This document shows positions 40,802-51,047 of a DNA stretch of 64,000 nt, one piece after another. The notes under the pieces are model-generated. The model did no database searches. It saw nothing but the letters and a program-made list of their open reading frames with translations, and was not told the DNA's origin. Location: positions 1 to 64,000 of IMG/VR virus record IMGVR_UViG_3300010885_020782; one strand, 5' to 3'. Origin of the DNA: a virus. The position numbers were made by a program, and so were the translations under genes. Numbering within the stretch: the stretch's first letter is position 1; every line of letters starts with the position of its first letter.

Positions 40802-43801
40802 CTATACCGTAATCTTCAATGTAGAGATGCGACGGTCTTCTTTCCATTCACTAATAAGTTCAAGGTCAACTTTTTCAGGGAAAGCAACACCATCTGGAAC
40901 ATTTACTTTATAACCAACTATTTTACGCACAATTACGTCCCCTCTAGGCTCTAAGTCACTAGCAAGACGCATACGAACAAACTCATCATCAATAATAAGT
41001 GAGCACCAATCTCCAGGTAAAAAGTCTCCAACATACGGCCCAATTGAACCGTTAATTGCAATTGTAAAATTGCCCTCTGGCGGACGTGCTTCGTCAACAA
41101 AATCTTTAGCATATGAATAAAGAGCACTCTCTCCATAGGCTGTTGTCTGCGTATCATTTTTTGTTTCAACTTGGTCAAGGACTGGCCATCCTTTATCCAT
41201 TAAATCTGTAGATGCTGCTGCTGCATATGGCTGACTTGGGTCCCCATCAATATTGTCAGCGTTTCCAGCAACCCACATACGAGTAGCAGAGTTTTCTGCC
41301 GTCTCTGTTATCCCAAACTCAAGAACATTCCCTGGATATTCAAAGACATACTGGTCTGCGCCAAGAACACTAATAGGGTGCACCGAGCCAATATTTCCAG
41401 TAGATGCGCTTCCAGGAACATTTGCCTTAATTGCACTAAATGTGAATGTTGTTGTAGTTGGTGTTCCCGTTACCACCTGAGTTCCATCAAAAGATGTACC
41501 TACATCACTAACTACAATTTCTTGTCCTATAACTAACCCGTGGGCAGCGGCTGTAGTCAATGTTGCTACATTAGAAACAAGAGTTTTGTAGGTAACAGAT
41601 ATTCTATTAGGAGGTGGAATAAAGGGAACAAAGGTAAGTGTTTTAGAAAATTGACCAATATTTTTATCAAAATCACAGTCAATACGATACTCAAAACCAT
41701 TTACATCTTTTGAAAATTCTTCAAGAATTTCTCCAAATGATTTTAAATCAGAGCCTCTAAATATTTGCTGAGAGACCCCAATGTACTTACCGCTCAAGTC
41801 TTGAGTAACATCTATGCCAATATCTGAATTTCCAGAGTAGGCTCCAAAAGTTCCAGCAACTGCTCTTCCACCCCATTTAACTGTGCCGCCATAGACTGCC
41901 TCAGCCTGAGCGTTGACTATTGAAGTTGAGTTAAATTTAAAAGTTCTAGTGTTAACAATTGTTGATACGGTTTTGACGCCATCATAGTCAGAGCCTACAT
42001 TTTCAATAACAACTTTTTTACCCTGTGTAAGACCGTGATTAGTTGACGTAGTGATAAGGCCAGATTTGTATGAGACAGAGCCATAATCTGTTACGTTAAT
42101 TACTCCAGCCATGCTGTTTGTCTGTTGAGCCTGATAATACAAAGTTGAAGGTGCATTTAAGGGGACAACAAATGTAATTGTTCCACTTGCTGTTCCGTTA
42201 TTAGTTACTCCAGTCGAGTAAACTTTTCCAGCAGCATATCCTCCTCCAGAACTTTGAATCCAAAAGTTATAACCAGGGGAATTAATAGTAAGAGTGTATG
42301 TATTTCCACGAATAAAATATAAATTAGGATTATTAGTTGCTGTAGCAGAACCTTGAATTGTAGAGGCATAAGCAAGGTTATTACTATTTGTGAAGGCGTA
42401 TGTAGTCTGCTCTCCCACTTTAGTTACTGCGGTAGAGGCAACATCACGAGAAGTTTTAGCAAAACTAAACTGTGTAGTAGAAGGAACTGCAATCACTGTC
42501 TGAGGACCATTAAGAACTGATTCATAGAAGAAGGTGAGTGTTCCAGTCACAGTTCCAACGTTCTCTACTCCTAAAGTAAGAATAAGTCCGTTAATAGATT
42601 GAATAGTTGCGTTAGAGCCAATACCTGCACCAGTCACACCCATACCAACTAGAAGACCACTATTCGAACCTACAATAGTAACTGTTACCGCTCCTGAACT
42701 TCCAGAAGCAGCGGTTTTTGTTACAGAGATTGTATTAGTAATATTTGAAATAGATACAGCATCTCCCACAGCCAAACCATGAGCAGATGATGTTGTCATT
42801 GTTGCTATGTTATTTAAGACTTGCTTAGTTGTAATTTTTAGTGTTGTTGTCTGTATTTCAGCGGATGTAATGTTGTATGTAGTTAGTGGAGTTAGGGCAG
42901 TGCTAGCAAAACTTGATGTTACTCCAGCAGGTTTGACTACAAAACTTGTTGTTGTTGGTATTGCTGTTATAACTTGATATCCATTAAGTAGTGCATCAAC
43001 ATCAACTAATTCTACTTGCTGACCTAAAAGTAGGTCGTGAGGTAGGGCGGTAGTAAGAGTTGCAGTCCCTGTAGCCATCACTTTATTTGTTAGAGAATAT
43101 AGCAATTCGTTTGCTGGTTTTATTGTTTCGTTAGCAAAAGCAAGATTAGAAAAGTCATCTGACATATACCCAATTAAGTCACGGGCTAGGTCATATGTGT
43201 CAACAATTGTTCGTGCAAGACCAGTTGTTGATGGACTAGAGGCTAAAGTAACTCCGCTTACACCAAAAGTAAAACTTGCCGGGGATGGGACCGTAGAAAT
43301 TGTCTTATCTCCGTTGAGAGCGGGGTTTAAGTTACGAACTCTTACTTTTTCTCCTGGTTTAAATCCATGGTCTACCTCTGTATATATAGTCGCTATTGAG
43401 CCGTTAGCCTCATAGCGTGAGCAATAATATTGCTCTGAGCCGTAATAAAGGGTCTGCCACAATGCACGATGATATAAATAACTTACAAACTCATTGGCAT
43501 CAACACTAAGAGTTTTATTTGTTGGAGAATATTGACGTCCCCAGATAATGCCACCCCAAACGCAAACGCCATCTCTAAGAACATAAAGGGCAGTTTTTCC
43601 AGGCATTGTGTTGTCATAAAGTTCCAAATGTGTTGTTGCCTCAATAAGTGGAATAGTTCCAGAAAAAGAACCAGCCTTACTTAAAGCACGTTCATAGGAT
43701 ACACCTATAAAAGGAATTTCTGCAAGAACTTCGTTGGTCAACAAATCAGCAACGTAGTAGCGATACTCAGGGGGAGTTATCGAGTGATAATCAATTGCCA
43801 T
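40802..43801 (-). CDS. Minor tail/baseplate hub protein (siphovirus Tal-like) with multiple inserted beta modules
   Basis: YRYYVADLLTNEV...SYERALSKAGSFSG...WGGIIW N-terminus; FEYPGNV...ATRMW...DFLPGDWC C-terminus; position after Dit. Confidence 0.78.
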   Translation of the reverse strand: MAIDYHSITPPEYRYYVADLLTNEVLAEIPFIGVSYERALSKAGSFSGTIPLIEATTHLELYDNTMPGKTALYVLRDGVCVWGGIIWGRQYSPTNKTLSVDANEFVSYLYHRALWQTLYYGSEQYYCSRYEANGSIATIYTEVDHGFKPGEKVRVRNLNPALNGDKTISTVPSPASFTFGVSGVTLASSPSTTGLARTIVDTYDLARDLIGYMSDDFSNLAFANETIKPANELLYSLTNKVMATGTATLTTALPHDLLLGQQVELVDVDALLNGYQVITAIPTTTSFVVKPAGVTSSFASTALTPLTTYNITSAEIQTTTLKITTKQVLNNIATMTTSSAHGLAVGDAVSISNITNTISVTKTAASGSSGAVTVTIVGSNSGLLVGMGVTGAGIGSNATIQSINGLILTLGVENVGTVTGTLTFFYESVLNGPQTVIAVPSTTQFSFAKTSRDVASTAVTKVGEQTTYAFTNSNNLAYASTIQGSATATNNPNLYFIRGNTYTLTINSPGYNFWIQSSGGGYAAGKVYSTGVTNNGTASGTITFVVPLNAPSTLYYQAQQTNSMAGVINVTDYGSVSYKSGLITTSTNHGLTQGKKVVIENVGSDYDGVKTVSTIVNTRTFKFNSTSIVNAQAEAVYGGTVKWGGRAVAGTFGAYSGNSDIGIDVTQDLSGKYIGVSQQIFRGSDLKSFGEILEEFSKDVNGFEYRIDCDFDKNIGQFSKTLTFVPFIPPPNRISVTYKTLVSNVATLTTAAAHGLVIGQEIVVSDVGTSFDGTQVVTGTPTTTTFTFSAIKANVPGSASTGNIGSVHPISVLGADQYVFEYPGNVLEFGITETAENSATRMWVAGNADNIDGDPSQPYAAAASTDLMDKGWPVLDQVETKNDTQTTAYGESALYSYAKDFVDEARPPEGNFTIAINGSIGPYVGDFLPGDWCSLIIDDEFVRMRLASDLEPRGDVIVRKIVGYKVNVPDGVAFPEKVDLELISEWKEDRRISTLKITV

Positions 43802-43828
43802 GTCGTCTTTTCCTCGTGTCGTTTAGTA

Positions 43829-44974
43829 TTACGCTAGCCAGCCAGAGCGGTATTCCACAGATAGTTTAGCAGTCGAGTTAGCACTCCCGTTGTCGTAGAA
43901 ACTAATAACATTTTCTCCTGGAGATAGTGTCACCCAGTCGTTGTATACCTCTAACTTCATACGAGCGCCGTAATACTCTCCATTAAGAGCAGTCTCTCGA
44001 TTGTATGTGTCAATTTCAAGAATGTCTGGACCAAAAGTATATGTTCCAGAGACTGAAACTACGTTGACAGTATCAGTAGCAGTTCCAATAAAAGTAAATG
44101 TATTACTTGTTCTTGCTGTGATATATCTGTCGCCATCTATACCCGTTCCTAAACTAAATACTTCTACAGAATCGCCTATTTGCAGGATATGAGCAGCAGA
44201 TGTAGTCAGGGTAACAACGCCACCAGTGATAGATTTAGAGATAATTGAGCCAGATACTATTGTTCTTAGTGGCTCAACAATTGTTATTGATTCACCATTT
44301 GTTTCATTAAGAATAATTGCTGGACCAGTGATTGGACCTGTAACTCTAAAGTAAGCACTGACAGGGTAGTCACCTTGATTTGTTAACACGGATTTACCGC
44401 TTCTTAGTGGAGTTGTTGATTTTGCAAGAATTTCTTCAACATCATATCCATCTTGATTAAGTTCATTCCAAGAATACTTTATAGGGTCAGCAGCACGAAG
44501 ACCGATGGAAAAATCAATTCGACCACGAGCACTGACTGTCTCAAAGTTTGGTTCTCCACTAAGGCGAACCCAAGATGCTTTAAGTGGGTTTTCATTTGTT
44601 TTTAACCAGCCTCCTTGCCTTACTAAGTTAATTTGAGCAACTAAACGTCTTCGAGCCTCTGCCATCAATGACGGGTCAGTACACAGGATAGAACCTTCTA
44701 AGGTCAAATCACGAGCGTTGTAGCGACCTTTTACATCATATGAGCCATCTGCCCATCCACGTTTAATATCTGGCATATCAGGTGCTGGAGGACTCCACCA
44801 ACCTTTAATATCGGTGACTACCCAAAGAACACCATAGTCATCAACAGTATTTAATACAAAATCATTGAGGATAATGTCTTCCTGCAACTTCATACCAGTC
44901 AGGTGCGGCTGTGGAAGTGGAGTCAGCGCTTGCTGAGTAATCCTATTTTTCTGTGCTTGATTAAGTTGTGCCAT
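43829..44974 (-). CDS. Distal tail protein (Dit-like) with an inserted beta module
   Basis: Directly after the TMP; KGWWSPP, ARDLTLEG, LRAADPIKY, NQGDYPV, WVTLSPGENVI. Confidence 0.8.
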   Translation of the reverse strand: MAQLNQAQKNRITQQALTPLPQPHLTGMKLQEDIILNDFVLNTVDDYGVLWVVTDIKGWWSPPAPDMPDIKRGWADGSYDVKGRYNARDLTLEGSILCTDPSLMAEARRRLVAQINLVRQGGWLKTNENPLKASWVRLSGEPNFETVSARGRIDFSIGLRAADPIKYSWNELNQDGYDVEEILAKSTTPLRSGKSVLTNQGDYPVSAYFRVTGPITGPAIILNETNGESITIVEPLRTIVSGSIISKSITGGVVTLTTSAAHILQIGDSVEVFSLGTGIDGDRYITARTSNTFTFIGTATDTVNVVSVSGTYTFGPDILEIDTYNRETALNGEYYGARMKLEVYNDWVTLSPGENVISFYDNGSANSTAKLSVEYRSGWLA

Positions 44975-47900
44975 TATGCTGCTCCCTTACGCATTGCATA
45001 TGAAAGTTGACGAGAAACGATTGCCGCAAGTTCACGTTCATCCATACCAGCAGAAGGATTAACAACAATAGTGACACCTCTACCAGTGCCGCCCATATAG
45101 TCAATCATTGCCTTATCGCGCTTAGAAAGCCCATCTGGGTCAAGAGGCTCTACACGCTCTGGCTTTCCTGCTTCTCCGATACGAGCCAAAGTTCCGCCTA
45201 TAGAAGGTTGAACTACTCCACCTTTAGCAAAAGGTTGAACATATGGTGCTTGGATTGTAAATCCTTTACCAGCAATATTTAAAAATCTAGTTACAGCATT
45301 ATCTGGAATGTTAAGTTCAAGTTTAAAACTATTCCACCAGCCAATCATTTTATTTATGACAGCCTTAAATCCATCGCCAAGCGGTCCAAATATATTAACT
45401 TGTTTAATTATGCTAGTTATTGGATTGATAAAAAATGCTTTAAAGAAATCTAAGAACCCTGATAAAAGAAGTTTTACACCCTTAATTGGGTCAGTAAATA
45501 TGTACCACAGACCAGCAACAACCTTAATTACTCCTGAAATAATATCTGAAAGTGTGTCTATAGCATTAACAAGAATAACTTTAAATAGAGGGACTATGTA
45601 CTTACCAACAAAGTCACCCATTGTTTTAAAGATATCACCTAGCCCCTTAATTTCAGGAGCAACCATTTTGACGGCATCCATAATTTGTTTAAAGGATGCT
45701 TGAATTTCTTTAAATACACCATCTATTAAATCTTTTATTGCTTTTCTTAAAGTTTCACTATTTTGATACATCAAAACAAATATTGCAACTAAAGCAGCAA
45801 CAGCGGCTACGATTGCAATAATTGGTCCCATGCCAGCGCCAAATATAGGAGCCAGAGCCATCTGAGCCCTACCAGCAATACCAGAAGTATAGGTTAGTTG
45901 TGCCCATGCCTGAGAAAGTTTTGCCGGGGCAGAAGCAACTGCCTCAACTCCACCTTTAAGTTTTAAGAAGTTTCCATAAACTACTTTGCCAAAGAAGTCT
46001 GCTCCTTGACCGATAGTCTTCATTGCTAAGATAAATGGCAAAATTACTGCTGTTGCTTTGAGCAGACCTTGACCAAAGTCTGTATTTAAAAAGTCAGTTA
46101 TAAACTTTAAAGCAGTTCTTAAAGTATTAAAGAAAATAGTTACAGCACCGCTATCAGTGACAGTTTTAACAAATCTAATAAACTCTGCAATAAACTTTCC
46201 AAATGCTGGAAGGCTGTCTGCAAGTGTCTTTCCTAGAGATTCAATATCAGGCATTGCTCCCTTTAGCGCATCAAGAAATCCTGACATACCCGTACTTGCA
46301 CCAATTTTTATAATAATTCCTAAAAGTCCACCAACAACATCTAAAACCTTACCAGCGTTAATTGCACCTTGAAGAAAGAACTCTTTAAGAGGTGTTCCAT
46401 CAATTTCTGTAAGATTCTTTAATTTAGTTGCAGCATTTGTGAGGTAGTCAAGGAGATAGAAACCGCCGCTTCCTTCTCCAACGTTTGCCTTGATTAAGGT
46501 TCCAATTGCGCCAAATGTTTCTCGAAAAAGTTTTCCAAGTCTGCGAACAACCTCTGCTGCTGTCTCTAGAGTTTTACTAAGTTTTCCAGACTTAGTATCT
46601 GCCTCAAGGGTTGCCTTCCAAGCACCAGTAATATTTTTAGTCCAAGTAGCAAACTCGATAACAAGAGGTCGTGCTGCATCTGCAATAAGAAGGAAAGAAT
46701 CAATAAGATTGGCAATAGTGTCACCAAAAATAAGCAAAGCCTCGTTGTTGGTCTTCCAAATTCTTTCAATACGTTCTATGTTGTCTGCTCTTGTAAGGAC
46801 ATCAGCAATTTTATTTGCTACATCTCCAAGAACACTGCCCGTTTCAGCAAAAAGAGGTTTTAAGCGTGGAAGAAGTTTTGTTACAAGTTTATCTATCGCT
46901 TCTTCAAGTTTAGGAAATAGTTCATCACCAATAGCAGCCTGTAAATCTTTAAATGCACCTTTAAGACTAACAATATATTTAACAAATTCTTGAGCAGATG
47001 CTGGAAGATTGGACAATGCATCTTGAAAAGCATCAAAACCTGGACCCATCTTTAGGTTTGCTAGGTCATCCATTTGAATTTTTAAATCTTCAGTGGCACG
47101 AGCCAATTTAATTTCATTATCTTCTCGTGTTTGTGTTGTGTTGACAGATGCTTGTTCAGCAGCATACTGAGCATCCATAACACTCTTTTGACCTTTAATC
47201 TGGTCTTCTATTGTGCCACTGCCCATCTGAGCATTTTTTGCTTCTGTCTTTTTAAGGTCATTGTTTTTATCAATAGCACGGCGATAATTAAGGTCCGCCT
47301 GTGAAAATGCAAGTTCTGCTTCTTTACGAGCACGAGAGTTTGGTGGAAGGTCTGAAACACGAGCAAGAGTTTCACGAGCCTTTTCTAGTTCAAGAGCAGC
47401 CTTCTGCTCATTGATGGCAGCATCTTCTGAATCAAAAGCAAGTTGTTGAAGTTGCTCCATAGCATCTGCACGAGCCTTGTTAAGTGCAGTCTGAGCCTGT
47501 TCTTCATCATAAAGAGCCTTTTCATTTGATTTGGCAGCGTCTTTATATGAACGTGCTAAGTCTTCCGTGGCTCTGTCAACTGCTAGTTGCGCTTTTACTA
47601 TTGCTCTTGCATTTGATATAGATTTCTTTTGATTCTTTAAACCAGCACCGATTGCTTCGGTTACCCCGTTAAATGCAATTTTTACAGTTGCTAATAGTCC
47701 AATTAAGCCAGCAAAACCATTAGCAAGTACAGCAAGGGCTGGTCCTGCTGCTGCAACTACGCTAACCAAAGAAATTAAACCGCTGCCTAAAGCACCAACT
47801 ATCCCCACTACAGCAGTAATTGCTGGAGCAAGAACATAGCCAGCCCTTGTTAGGCTAGAAAATGCATCTGCTGCTGCCAACGATTGAGCCTGTAGAGCAG

Positions 47901-48084
47901 ACGTAAAAAACATATTATTATTTTTTGGCATAGCATTTGACATACCAGCACTAATTGTTTTACCTAAACGAGAACCAACCCGCTCACCAACTTGGTCAAC
48001 ACCTTTAAAACCATTTTCAATGTCTTTTTTGACACCAGAAGTGATGGCGTGGACAACGACATATGCGTCACCGACTACAGCCAC
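44974..48084 (-). CDS. Tape measure protein
   Basis: 1036 aa, Ala/Leu/Gly-rich helical with coiled coil and hydrophobic segments; FAKGGVV...IGEAGKPE; MAVVGDAYV N-terminus. Confidence 0.9.
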   Translation of the reverse strand: MAVVGDAYVVVHAITSGVKKDIENGFKGVDQVGERVGSRLGKTISAGMSNAMPKNNNMFFTSALQAQSLAAADAFSSLTRAGYVLAPAITAVVGIVGALGSGLISLVSVVAAAGPALAVLANGFAGLIGLLATVKIAFNGVTEAIGAGLKNQKKSISNARAIVKAQLAVDRATEDLARSYKDAAKSNEKALYDEEQAQTALNKARADAMEQLQQLAFDSEDAAINEQKAALELEKARETLARVSDLPPNSRARKEAELAFSQADLNYRRAIDKNNDLKKTEAKNAQMGSGTIEDQIKGQKSVMDAQYAAEQASVNTTQTREDNEIKLARATEDLKIQMDDLANLKMGPGFDAFQDALSNLPASAQEFVKYIVSLKGAFKDLQAAIGDELFPKLEEAIDKLVTKLLPRLKPLFAETGSVLGDVANKIADVLTRADNIERIERIWKTNNEALLIFGDTIANLIDSFLLIADAARPLVIEFATWTKNITGAWKATLEADTKSGKLSKTLETAAEVVRRLGKLFRETFGAIGTLIKANVGEGSGGFYLLDYLTNAATKLKNLTEIDGTPLKEFFLQGAINAGKVLDVVGGLLGIIIKIGASTGMSGFLDALKGAMPDIESLGKTLADSLPAFGKFIAEFIRFVKTVTDSGAVTIFFNTLRTALKFITDFLNTDFGQGLLKATAVILPFILAMKTIGQGADFFGKVVYGNFLKLKGGVEAVASAPAKLSQAWAQLTYTSGIAGRAQMALAPIFGAGMGPIIAIVAAVAALVAIFVLMYQNSETLRKAIKDLIDGVFKEIQASFKQIMDAVKMVAPEIKGLGDIFKTMGDFVGKYIVPLFKVILVNAIDTLSDIISGVIKVVAGLWYIFTDPIKGVKLLLSGFLDFFKAFFINPITSIIKQVNIFGPLGDGFKAVINKMIGWWNSFKLELNIPDNAVTRFLNIAGKGFTIQAPYVQPFAKGGVVQPSIGGTLARIGEAGKPERVEPLDPDGLSKRDKAMIDYMGGTGRGVTIVVNPSAGMDERELAAIVSRQLSYAMRKGAA

Positions 48085-48106
48085 ACCATCACCACCAATC
48101 TACTAC

Positions 48107-48562
48107 TTAGCCCAGCGGGGCATCAATATCCATACCAAAAGGTTTAACAGATTTTTCATCAGGATTTGTTGGAGCAAAGTAAGGTTTGATAGGAGCCTTT
48201 GTAGGGTCAAAAGGCTGCAAGTCGTCTTCTTCGTCTCCAACAAGGCCTTCTTGTAAAACCTCGTTAGACATATTATAATCGTTTTTTCCAGACCCATATT
48301 TATACTTATGGTCATAAAAGTCCCGATAAATAATACTTCTAACTCTATCTTTTGCTTCAAGTTGTTCAGCATTTGATGAACTGGTCAAATCTTCTTCAAA
48401 GAGATAGTGAATTACATCAAGCATTTCACTAGATTCCATAGAAGAGAGTTGTAGGCCGCTCATCAGTGCCTTACCGTTAACGTAGGGCCAGAGGTCTACT
48501 GCCCACTCTGTAAGTCCTCTGACCCCTGTGTAGGGCGCGAGGAATACTGCTCCACCAACCAA
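48107..48562 (-). CDS. Second tail assembly chaperone ORF (gpT-like, overlapping in the -1 frame)
   Basis: Lies between the first chaperone and the TMP; overlaps it by 67 nt. Confidence 0.65.
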   Translation of the reverse strand: MVGGAVFLAPYTGVRGLTEWAVDLWPYVNGKALMSGLQLSSMESSEMLDVIHYLFEEDLTSSSNAEQLEAKDRVRSIIYRDFYDHKYKYGSGKNDYNMSNEVLQEGLVGDEEDDLQPFDPTKAPIKPYFAPTNPDEKSVKPFGMDIDAPLG

Positions 48563-48849
48563 GTAACAATCTCGCCAAGGGTGTCAACCGTGACAATTCG
48601 TTCTGGGTCATTAATTAAAGTATCAAAGTTCTTCTTACTTTCTGGCTGAAGAGTGTTAGCAAAAAAAGTATTGATAACATCTACTGCCATAGAAGAATCT
48701 TCTTTCATTGACTGAGAAACCATATCCAACATTACTTTGCCTTGGATATTTGGATAGCAATGAAACTCTTCTCCATGAATCTTAAAAGAGAGCGGTTCAG
48801 AAGTATTTTCTCCACCTGAACCAAAATCTTTAAATCTTCCTGTTGTCAT
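48496..48849 (-). CDS. Tail assembly chaperone (gpG-like)
   Basis: Position before the TMP; ends ...WLVEQYSSRPTQ. Confidence 0.72.
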   Translation of the reverse strand: MTTGRFKDFGSGGENTSEPLSFKIHGEEFHCYPNIQGKVMLDMVSQSMKEDSSMAVDVINTFFANTLQPESKKNFDTLINDPERIVTVDTLGEIVTWLVEQYSSRPTQGSEDLQSGQ

Positions 48850-48901
48850 ATTTTTCTTCCTTCACTTGTGTCTTTTGTTTTCTGCTTTTGCAGTAAACGC
48901 T

Positions 48902-49288
48902 TTATTTTATTAACCCTAAGTTATCTGTTAAATAACGGTTAGGCTTGGTTCCTGGATGCATGACCGCATGGGCATACATGACTTTTCCACGACTAGTAAA
49001 CTTCAAGACTTGAGCCCTATCAGGCTTAATCATGTGCGGTTTACTTCCTTCGTGATGAAGGAGTGCGTAGTTCATAGCCGAACCAATTCTAATGTATTGA
49101 CCTCTAGTATCTCTAGAGTGGCGCATATGAATTGATGCTCTTAGGGCACCAGTTCTTACACCAACTTGCGCTTTAGCGGCACGAACAATTAAGTTACCTC
49201 TAAGCGCTAAATATCTTCCAACTTTTCCAGAAGGCTCGTTAAAGAAAAATTCATACTCTGCTTTACGAAGAACTACTTTTGTTGCCAT
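48902..49288 (-). CDS. HK97 gp10-like tail completion/neck protein
   Basis: VGVRTGALRASI, YALLHHEG..PH.I, HPGTKPNRYL. Confidence 0.65.
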   Translation of the reverse strand: MATKVVLRKAEYEFFFNEPSGKVGRYLALRGNLIVRAAKAQVGVRTGALRASIHMRHSRDTRGQYIRIGSAMNYALLHHEGSKPHMIKPDRAQVLKFTSRGKVMYAHAVMHPGTKPNRYLTDNLGLIK

Positions 49289-49794
49289 TATGGGACACCA
49301 GCAGTCATAGTAAGGACAGCAGTTTGAAATCCGCCTTCAGCAGTTCTTACCTCAACTGTAGCGATAACGCCAAGACCAAAACCAGTTTCTTCCCATGCAT
49401 CAAATTTTGCTGCACCTTCCATCATCACCCAAGCATCGTATGCAGATAGACGAGAACCTGCCTCGATAGTTTCGGCTGAGGGTGGGCGACCATTTTGTCC
49501 TACTGTAGGGACTTGACGTGAAACAGAAATATTTATTGTTGCACTTCGTGGGTCCGCGCAACGGCGAGGCTGTGTTGCTTCATCCCCTGGAGAACCAACA
49601 TACATCTGAAGGAAAGATACTACAAGTTGTTCGCAATCAACAACTGGCTCACCTAAAGTCCAGTAGCGTCGGGCTGGAAGTGGCATACCGTAAGAAGCGT
49701 AGGTCGAAACAACTTTATCAAGTACAGCCTGTAAAAAGTTAGCAAGATGCTTTGCATCGTCGTCTACCTGTGAAAGGTCTGGTAACCCACTCAT
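49288..49794 (-). CDS. Probable tail terminator/neck protein
   Basis: Synteny between the adaptor and the gp10-like gene. Confidence 0.5.
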   Translation of the reverse strand: MSGLPDLSQVDDDAKHLANFLQAVLDKVVSTYASYGMPLPARRYWTLGEPVVDCEQLVVSFLQMYVGSPGDEATQPRRCADPRSATINISVSRQVPTVGQNGRPPSAETIEAGSRLSAYDAWVMMEGAAKFDAWEETGFGLGVIATVEVRTAEGGFQTAVLTMTAGVP

Positions 49795-49821
49795 ATGTCT
49801 CTCCTTCTTAAACTTTTATAC

Positions 49822-50961
49822 TTAGAAAGTATAGATGGTCTCTGTTCGTGTTCCGAGTTGAATAGAGATGTTTGCTGTAAGAAGGTTGATAACTTCGTCA
49901 ACGGCAGGGTTGCCTAGACTTGGTCGAGTACAGTAGATATCAAAACTTCCTGGCTCACGAGGTCCAAGAATAGCAAGAATATCGCTGTAATCTACGGATA
50001 AGGCAATCTTTCCAGTAGCACGATTGAGAGTTGCTGCTCCAGGAACACTTACTGTTTTAGAATTTGTATAGTCTGAAACTGTTAAAGACACTGCCCAAGC
50101 GTTGTCTTGAAGTAGGAAATCTCCACTAACTTCATCAAGGAAGATTTCTGTATCTCCGCCTGTAGGCAGCACTTTGAGGTCAAATGCTGTTTCAGTAAAT
50201 AAGTATGGCTTAGGTGTCATACGACGAGCACGAGGCTGGTCAGGGGAGAATACTCGTGAACGAGCACGAGCATTGTCTGGGTTAGTAGTTTTTAAAAATA
50301 AGTCAACTGAATATAAGCCAGTTTTGCCTTGGTCAATAAAATCTTGTTGGTCAAGGATTGTGTAAGAAACACCTTGACGGGACACTGAAGTTACACGCTG
50401 CGGAAGAGCGCAGGTATCGTCGCCTTCATACAACTTAACTAGTTCAAGAGCAAGCATACGAGCAGCATTTTTACCTGCTGTAGGTGGCTCTGTTCCATAT
50501 GTGTATGTAATTTCTACGTTAGATGGAGTCCAACTTGCCCCTGGAATTGCAAGCATTGTTGAGTGCTCAACTAAGTAATATTCTTTAGGGTCCACCACAT
50601 TACCGTTTGTATCTCTTACGGTGTGGATTTTAATTACTTTGCGCCCACGCAAACGGACACGAGTTGCAGCAGATGAACCATCTCCTGCAAAGTCGCTATC
50701 GTTATATCTACCAAAAACGTTCACTTGAACGTTCTGAACTTGCCCCTGCACAAGTACCGGAGAGAAGTTAAGGCTTGATGCCCCCACTCTCAGGTAGGGA
50801 GAAAAAGACGATATGTAGCGCTCTGTAACTGTAGTTGTTCCAGAGTATTTACGACCTGACATTGCCCACATTAAGTAAGAGGCTGTTTTTACAGCATCAT
50901 AGGCGTATTCAGAATTAGCATAAGACCCTAGGTCTTCTGCGTTAGTCCAAAGATGGCTCAT
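49822..50961 (-). CDS. Head-to-tail adaptor
   Basis: ASYLMWAMSGRKY, ITYTYG..PP, LPQRVTSVSRQGVSY; extra C-terminal domain. Confidence 0.75.
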   Translation of the reverse strand: MSHLWTNAEDLGSYANSEYAYDAVKTASYLMWAMSGRKYSGTTTVTERYISSFSPYLRVGASSLNFSPVLVQGQVQNVQVNVFGRYNDSDFAGDGSSAATRVRLRGRKVIKIHTVRDTNGNVVDPKEYYLVEHSTMLAIPGASWTPSNVEITYTYGTEPPTAGKNAARMLALELVKLYEGDDTCALPQRVTSVSRQGVSYTILDQQDFIDQGKTGLYSVDLFLKTTNPDNARARSRVFSPDQPRARRMTPKPYLFTETAFDLKVLPTGGDTEIFLDEVSGDFLLQDNAWAVSLTVSDYTNSKTVSVPGAATLNRATGKIALSVDYSDILAILGPREPGSFDIYCTRPSLGNPAVDEVINLLTANISIQLGTRTETIYTF

Positions 50962-50981
50962 GTCTCTCCTACTTTAATGAG

Positions 50982-51032
50982 AAAAGCGGACGACTTCCTT
51001 GTGTAAAAATACACGACTGGAATGTCGTCCGC
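50982..51032 (-). terminator. Long hairpin plus U-tract after the major tail gene
   Basis: Sense strand gcggacgac-a-ttcc-agtc-gtgta-tttt-tacac-aa-ggaa-gtcgtccgc-tttt. Confidence 0.8.
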
Positions 51033-51047
51033 CCTCCTTTTTACTTA

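Noticed and set aside
40794-40847. 46-nt overlap between the hub and tail fibre genes implied by the ORF track
   Set aside because: A better start (ATG 40793 with AGGAG RBS) removes the overlap.
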